Assembly (NCBI GenBank): GCA_018901355.1
Contig: JAHIEZ010000038.1
Span: forward strand, 1-29,023
DNA from: Patescibacteria group bacterium
GTDB lineage: Bacteria; Patescibacteriota; Microgenomatia; UBA12405
DNA length: 29,023 bases
Reading direction: 5' to 3'
In this document: in pieces, positions 24,254 through 29,023 of the stretch
Position numbering within the stretch: the stretch's first letter is position 1
How the letters are laid out: the number at the start of each line of letters is the position of its first letter
Position numbers and translations under genes: made by a program
The notes under the pieces: model-generated
Databases searched by the model: none
Told to the model about the DNA's origin: nothing
Seen by the model: only the letters and a program-made list of their open reading frames with translations

Positions 24254-24329
24254 TGGTAGCAGGGGGGGGAATCGGACCCCCGACCTATCGCTTATGAAAC
24301 GATCGCTCTAACCGCTGAGCTACCCTGCC
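24254..24329 (-). tRNA. tRNA with CAU anticodon, probably elongator Met
   Basis: GGCAGGG|TA|GCTC|AGCGGTTA|GAGC|G|ATCGT|TTCATAA|GCGAT|AGGTC|GGGGG|TCCGATT|CCCCC|CCCTGCT|A|CCA; no initiator features. Confidence 0.88.
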
Positions 24330-24353
24330 TCGGTTCGATTATTATACCAAGAA

Positions 24354-24513
24354 TCACCCTAACCTTCTCCTCAAATACGCTCTTCCAAATCCGGATTTTA
24401 TTTTTTTTCTCTTTCTATGGCTCTTTTTCTTTCCCGACAAGCTTCGTAATATATCAACTCCAAAGATTTTTCTTTTTTTTACCAGTTGACCCCCATCTCT
24501 CGTCTAATAAAAC
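24354..24513 (-). pseudogene. C-terminal half of a GIY-YIG nuclease gene, inactivated
   Basis: Reads GVNW*KKEKSLELIYYEACRERKRAIEREKK, then after a one-base frameshift in the A8 run (24408-24401) IKSGFGRAYLRRRLG*. Shares KSGxGRAxL with the intact GIY-YIG at 5440-5682. Absent from the ORF track. Confidence 0.8.
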
Positions 24514-25677
24514 TCAGTCTGTAAACCTAAAAGTAGACAGAATTTTTTCTTGCAAGTCTGTAATTTCACTTTGGTTTTGAAAAGAAACAGAATAAAGAAT
24601 GTTATTCTTCTCTGTTTGTAAAGCAAATATTGGCGGTGAGCATCCAGGACCGTCACAATACCCTTGTGACAAATAGTAAGTTTTCCAAGCGTTAGCCGAA
24701 ATATTTTTTATACCATTTGATTGGGTATCCAAAAAATATTGAGTATCTCCTGGTAAATATTTTTTATTTACCCAAATCTCCAAAAAAACGGCCTCTCCTT
24801 TTTTTATAAAGATTTGTAGCTTCTGGATATTATGTTGATCATTATCATATTCAAAAAAAGAATAATTAGAAGGGTATTTAAATTCAAGCTCATATTTATC
24901 ATTTTTATATGTTTTCCAGTCGGCAGTTTCATCTATAAATCTAAAACTGGACAAAATTTGTCTATAAATCACGTCTCGATTATCCCCGTAAATATAAATT
25001 GCAAATATTTTTTCTTTATATGGAATAACCACCGAGCTGCAACTTAATGGTTCACAGGTAGTATTTTCTTGATAACGAGCATTTATCCCGTCTATCTTGA
25101 TTAATTTATCACTTGGGAAATAAAGATTTAAACCCATTCCTCCAATTTTATCCTTGTAATAATATTCTTCATATTTTTCCAAGGAGACATTTTCCGGATT
25201 GTTAAAATAGACAACTTTTACATAAGGAAAAACGTCCTCTGTTTCTGTTTTTTCGTCACCAACCAATTCGGCGATGATGTCAGTCTCCAATGAAGAATCT
25301 TTCTTTCTTTCTTCAACTCTAAACGTTTGTGGATACCTAAACTCAAATCCGTATTCCTCGTCTCTATATGTTTTCCAATCAGCCATTTCGTCAGGAGCTG
25401 GAATCACAGTTATTGGGGGACAAGGGGCAAACTCACAATTTGGCCCGGTCCTCCCGACTGCCGAACCGTCAGCACAAACCATCGCTTCCGAACTGCAGGC
25501 CTTTGGTCCACCAAAGAATCTAAACGCATACGCTCCGCCCCCGATTAACAAAACAACCCCCAAAACCGGCAAAATTATGTTCAAATTAAATTTTTTCTTT
25601 GCCATCACCGGCGTTTCGTCAACGGGCAAAACCGGCTCTTGAGGTTGAATTGGAATTTCTGGTATTTGTTCTTCCAT
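24514..25677 (-). CDS. Membrane-anchored surface protein with a Cys-rich minidomain and two tandem PsbP-like domains
   Basis: TM helix; 'CSSEAMVCADGSAVGRTGPNCEFAPCP'; two repeats starting 'ADWKTY...Y..EF.YP' and ending 'ILS(S/T)FRF'. Start placed at ATG25677. Confidence 0.8.
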   Translation of the reverse strand: MEEQIPEIPIQPQEPVLPVDETPVMAKKKFNLNIILPVLGVVLLIGGGAYAFRFFGGPKACSSEAMVCADGSAVGRTGPNCEFAPCPPITVIPAPDEMADWKTYRDEEYGFEFRYPQTFRVEERKKDSSLETDIIAELVGDEKTETEDVFPYVKVVYFNNPENVSLEKYEEYYYKDKIGGMGLNLYFPSDKLIKIDGINARYQENTTCEPLSCSSVVIPYKEKIFAIYIYGDNRDVIYRQILSSFRFIDETADWKTYKNDKYELEFKYPSNYSFFEYDNDQHNIQKLQIFIKKGEAVFLEIWVNKKYLPGDTQYFLDTQSNGIKNISANAWKTYYLSQGYCDGPGCSPPIFALQTEKNNILYSVSFQNQSEITDLQEKILSTFRFTD

Positions 25678-25720
25678 TACTTTATTAAGTATACACAAAA
25701 ATCAAATTGAAGTTCGATTG

Positions 25721-25790
25721 TTGCGGAGCCAGGAGTCGAACCTGGTCTGTGAGATTATGAGCCTCACGTGCAGCCCTACACTACCCCGCA
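25721..25790 (-). tRNA. tRNA with CAU anticodon, initiator-like but aberrant (70 nt)
   Basis: TGCGGGG|TA|GTGT|AGGGCT|GCAC|G|TGAGG|CTCATAA|TCTCA|CAGA|CCAGG|TTCGACT|CCTGG|CTCCGCA|A; acceptor and anticodon loop resemble tRNA-fMet. Confidence 0.8.
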
Positions 25791-25821
25791 TATATTAGCC
25801 TCACATCTTACCACAGATTTC

Positions 25822-26181
25822 CTACCTAAACAAATCCAACCATTCCTCATATTTTGCTCTTGTTTGGTCCATATTTGTTTCCGGAAACAAATCAATTTCC
25901 CCTTCCTCTTCCGGTATTTCCAGCCAATAATCATCCTCTGTCCCCAGTCCAAAGCTTTCTCTGGCTTGACGGTTGATAAAGGCGCTACTGGTAGCGTATT
26001 CAATCTGCCGGTTCATTTCTCTGTTTTCTCTCTCCATTTCTACTATTTCTTCATAAATTTCTTTATTTTTCCCCTTAGCACTCAGTAATATTCCTGCCTG
26101 TTTGTAAATATTAGACAGATTTGACAGCAAAAACCCCGTTCCGATTAGATAAAAAATAATCTTTTTAATTTTATTAAACAT
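25822..26181 (-). CDS. Septum formation initiator family (DivIC/FtsB/FtsL-like)
   Basis: Short N-tail, TM, coiled coil, 'FINRQARESFGL....D'. Confidence 0.85.
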   Translation of the reverse strand: MFNKIKKIIFYLIGTGFLLSNLSNIYKQAGILLSAKGKNKEIYEEIVEMERENREMNRQIEYATSSAFINRQARESFGLGTEDDYWLEIPEEEGEIDLFPETNMDQTRAKYEEWLDLFR

Positions 26182-26235
26182 CTTGTTGTCTCCTATCCTA
26201 ATTTATGTTATTATAAGACCACACTCTATCAAACT

Positions 26236-27102
26236 ATGACAAACTTATCTTTTGACTATGCTCTAAATTTATTTAGCAATTTTCTAAGCAATTCAGGCAA
26301 GTCAAACAACACTATTGTAGCCTACAAAGGCGACATAAACCAAATAATTAAATTTTTTACAGGAACCGGTATCAACACTATTGACGCTGTCAAACCTTCT
26401 CATATCGACGATTTCAAAAAGGATTTAGACGACAAAAATTACACCGCCAAATCCATTTCTCGTAAGTTAAACTCCATCAAAAACTTTTTTTCCTTTCTTA
26501 AATCCGAAGCGGTCATCAGTACTGATCCTTCTTCTGATATCAAACATCCCAAATACGAAAACGATCTCCCCAAAATCTTAAAACCGATTGAGTATCGGGC
26601 TCTTCGCGATGCCTGCCGTCACGACAATCGTGCCACCGCTATCGTCGAGCTTATGCTTCAAGCCGGTCTTCGTATCAAGGAAATAGAGGTTCTTTTGCTG
26701 GAAAATATCAAAGAGCAACAAGTTACCATCGGAGCTTACGAGTCTCACTTTCAAAGGGAAATTCCTTTAAACAATTCTGCCAAAACAGCCTTAAAACGCT
26801 ATATTGATGAAACTCGTTACCAAACCAAGTCCAAAAATGTTTTTATCACCAAAACCGGTCGCCCTCTTTTAGCCAGAAATATTAGAAGCCTTTTAAACCG
26901 CTATTTTGCCAAAGCCGGTATTGAAGGCATCAAGGTTAATGATCTTCGCAACACCTTTATCGTTTTCCAGCTTAAATCCGGTGTTCCCATTGACATTGTT
27001 TCTCAAATCGTCGGCCACAAAAGAATTTCCACTACCGAAAAATATTTGGAACTGATTGAAGACAAAGACGAGTCCAAAAACTTCAAACTTAAGGAACTTT
27101 AA
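26236..27102 (+). CDS. XerC/XerD-like tyrosine recombinase
   Basis: SAM-like N-domain ('S.NTI.AY..D', 'SISRKL.SI..FF.FL'), 'GLRI.E', 'DLRNTF', 'VGHK.I.TT..Y'. Confidence 0.9.
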   Translation: MTNLSFDYALNLFSNFLSNSGKSNNTIVAYKGDINQIIKFFTGTGINTIDAVKPSHIDDFKKDLDDKNYTAKSISRKLNSIKNFFSFLKSEAVISTDPSSDIKHPKYENDLPKILKPIEYRALRDACRHDNRATAIVELMLQAGLRIKEIEVLLLENIKEQQVTIGAYESHFQREIPLNNSAKTALKRYIDETRYQTKSKNVFITKTGRPLLARNIRSLLNRYFAKAGIEGIKVNDLRNTFIVFQLKSGVPIDIVSQIVGHKRISTTEKYLELIEDKDESKNFKLKEL

Positions 27103-27124
27103 AACCCCTTTTTTTAGTGTTTAA

Positions 27125-27608
27125 TGCGAGAACAAGCCTTTAGTCTATAAAGGAGTATTTGAATTAATGGAACACGCGAGAAATCTCGGATTCTAATTTT
27201 CCATTAATTCATGATCAAGTAACAACCGTTTCAGGTAGTTTTGAAAAAACCTTGCGGGCCCTACGACTATTAAAAGAAAAAGGTGTACCCACAAGAATCG
27301 GAGTTATAATCATGAGACAAAACCAAGAATCGATAGAAACTACTTTAGAATTAATCAAACGCTTGGGTTTTGATGCAGAAAATTCATTAGATGTAATTAG
27401 ACCTTTTGGAAGAGGAAAATCCGAAATTTTAATTCCTAGTCAAGCCGTCCATCACCAATTCGGACTGACAAGTTCACCATCCTTTATCACAAATCCAGAC
27501 GATTTTCTCAATCATCAATTTCTTAATCCATGTTGGGCCGGAAAAATTGCTGTTAATTCCGCGGGTAATATTTCACCTCGCACTGGACAATGGCATGATA
27601 AGATATAA
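27125..27608 (+). pseudogene. Fragmented radical SAM/SPASM gene
   Basis: Piece 1 (27125-27193): KPLVYKGVFELMEHARNLGF. Piece 2, another frame from about 27192: SNFPLIHDQVTTVSGSFEKTLRALRLL...IMRQN...NPCWAGKIAVNSAGNISP. No CxxxCxxC; SPASM cut before its PC motif. Confidence 0.75.
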
Positions 27609-27640
27609 ACATTACTGCCGTCCAGTGATGAATTAAGTTT

Positions 27641-28459
27641 ATGAAATGGAGATATCGGGCCACGAAAGAAGATCTGAAAGCAATTAAGGAAGGAATTGAA
27701 ATAGTTTGGAGCGGGAAATTAAACCACATTTTTGAGGATAAGAACTTAATTGAAAATACCAATGTTTTGTCGTTTGATTCGGACTTTCTTTTTCTGTGGA
27801 TGAGACAGAAACAGGGGGGGTGGAAGTTAAAAAAAATAAAACATGAGATTTCATTTAATCAAAAAGATCAATCTGGATGGCAGGCGGGGTTACTGAAAAA
27901 TAAAATGTATCAATATTTGCCAAAATTAAAAAAAAACAATTTTGCCATTTGTGGCAGCCTATTGTTTCCATTTCTTAATGCCCATAAAACTAAAAATAGT
28001 TTTGATGCTTATTCCACTCGCATGAGTTATCTGGCCACCATAGTCCACGAGTTTGCTCACACCTACTACAAAAACTTTATTTATAATAACTTTTGTACCA
28101 AAACTAAAAATGTTTCTTTTTTACAAACTGCTTTAAGATCTTCCTTCAGAAAAAGAAATAAAGAAGAGTTAAAGATATATTTACCTCTTCCTTCTTACCT
28201 TGGCGAAATTTTTGCTTTTTGTGTTGAATATGAAACGGCAGAGATATTTTTTCCAAAACACAAAAAGAACATAGATAGATCTGACGGTAAGTATATTAAA
28301 TATTGCTTAGACCAAGAAAATAAAAGAAAAACAGGGTACATCCCTATATTTGAGAAACACGACGATCACTTGATGGCTATGGTTTTTGGTAGAATTCTTT
28401 TGGAGAAATACCCAAAAATTTGGGAGAAAAAAATACTGGAAGCAATGATAATGGTTTAA
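27641..28459 (+). CDS. Hypothetical protein with an HExxH zincin-like motif
   Basis: 'ATIVHEFAHTYY' followed about 50 aa later by 'GEIFA', a gluzincin-like third ligand. Confidence 0.65.
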   Translation: MKWRYRATKEDLKAIKEGIEIVWSGKLNHIFEDKNLIENTNVLSFDSDFLFLWMRQKQGGWKLKKIKHEISFNQKDQSGWQAGLLKNKMYQYLPKLKKNNFAICGSLLFPFLNAHKTKNSFDAYSTRMSYLATIVHEFAHTYYKNFIYNNFCTKTKNVSFLQTALRSSFRKRNKEELKIYLPLPSYLGEIFAFCVEYETAEIFFPKHKKNIDRSDGKYIKYCLDQENKRKTGYIPIFEKHDDHLMAMVFGRILLEKYPKIWEKKILEAMIMV

Positions 28460-29023
28460 AGCCTAGCCCTTCTGGCTATTTCTGCTTCCACCATTTCTTT
28501 TGGTTTACCGTATTTTAGTGAGGATAATTTTTTGATCATTTCTGCCATTTTCGGATTACCTTCTTTTTTCATTTCCTCCGCCGCTACTCTAAGCGAAAAC
28601 GGCTTTTCCGGTGTTCCGTTTATCAGAGTTTTAAGATAAATTTCTCCGGTACCCAAATTGAGCAAGTCATGTTCACTAAAAGTTGGTTCAAATTGTTTGT
28701 TTAAAAATCCGGCGTCACCGATTCCCACCCTAAATCCACAAATGGTACCTACGTTTCCAAACACCGCATTTTTCACCTCATCATCCATTTGTGACACAAA
28801 TTGATTAGCCACCGTTAGGTTCAAGTGGTACTTTCTTGCCTCTGACAGTATGACAGCAAAATCCTGAGTGGCAAAATTTTGAAACTCATCCACGTACAGA
28901 TAAAAATCCTTGCGTTCCTCCTCCGGCGTATCCACGCGGGCCATCGCCGCCATCTGAATTTGTGCAACAAGCACAAGCCCCAAAAGCTGTGTATTTAGAG
29001 TCCCCAACTTACCTTTGGAAAGA
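28456..29023 (-). CDS. C-terminal part of a VirD4/TraG/TraD-like ATPase; 5' end outside the window
   Basis: Frame open to the window edge (LSKGKLG...); Walker B 'YLYVDEFQNF', 'ILSEARKY.L.L.VANQ', 'AVFGNVGT...FRVG..DA'. Confidence 0.9.
   Translation of the reverse strand, partial: LSKGKLGTLNTQLLGLVLVAQIQMAAMARVDTPEEERKDFYLYVDEFQNFATQDFAVILSEARKYHLNLTVANQFVSQMDDEVKNAVFGNVGTICGFRVGIGDAGFLNKQFEPTFSEHDLLNLGTGEIYLKTLINGTPEKPFSLRVAAEEMKKEGNPKMAEMIKKLSSLKYGKPKEMVEAEIARRARL

Noticed and set aside
26186-26213. Possible dif site upstream of the Xer-like gene (TTATGTTA)
   Set aside because: Only a partial XerD arm, no XerC-like arm at 6-bp spacing; it overlaps a likely -10 region.
26236-27102. Xer-like gene as the integrase of the adjacent accessory patch
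   Set aside because: Its composition matches the core genome, it lacks the integron-integrase insertion, and I found no att repeats around the patch.
27151-27196. AGGAG followed by a 9-codon ORF (MEHARNLGF) as a RiPP precursor
   Set aside because: It is the tail of the radical SAM piece KPLVYKGVFELMEHARNLGF; AGGAG is part of the Lys-Gly-Val codons.
27160-27636. TGAATTAA direct repeat (27160-67, 27629-36) as a target-site duplication
   Set aside because: The left copy lies inside the radical SAM coding remnant, which begins further left; an AT-rich 8-mer match is likely chance.

Overview
This is a 29-kb, mostly core-genome window from a reduced-genome bacterium using standard code 11. Gene content (VirB2-like pilins, PsbP-like surface proteins, VanW, archaeal-type TIM, a VirD4/TraG-like ATPase) points to Patescibacteria/CPR, probably Microgenomates; this assignment is inference. 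Housekeeping genes are smpB, ssrA (tmRNA), tsaD, a tsaC-tsaE fusion, valS, trpS, rplY, rnhA, tpiA, comF, a ZIP transporter, a DivIC/FtsL-like gene and a Xer-like recombinase. The window also holds three tRNAs (Ile-UAU, Met-CAU, initiator-like CAU), a RelE-type toxin-antitoxin pair and two small accessory patches (about 22.77-24.13 kb and 27.1-28.46 kb). Main observations: (1) the tmRNA lacks both alanine identity elements (A3-U70 instead of G3.U70; U73 instead of A73), has a 35-codon tag, and is paired with a shortened SmpB; (2) a nested palindrome sits exactly at the tmRNA 3' end ahead of a small GIY-YIG gene, and a second, unannotated, broken GIY-YIG gene lies inside the tRNA cluster; (3) tRNA-Ile has a UAU anticodon and the initiator-like tRNA is aberrant; (4) about 15 genes have a -10 box 5-7 nt before the start codon, implying leaderless mRNAs; (5) a probable recombinase-less integrative relic at tRNA-Ile carries a candidate small RNA. 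Everything was read by eye; no database searches or folding programs were run.
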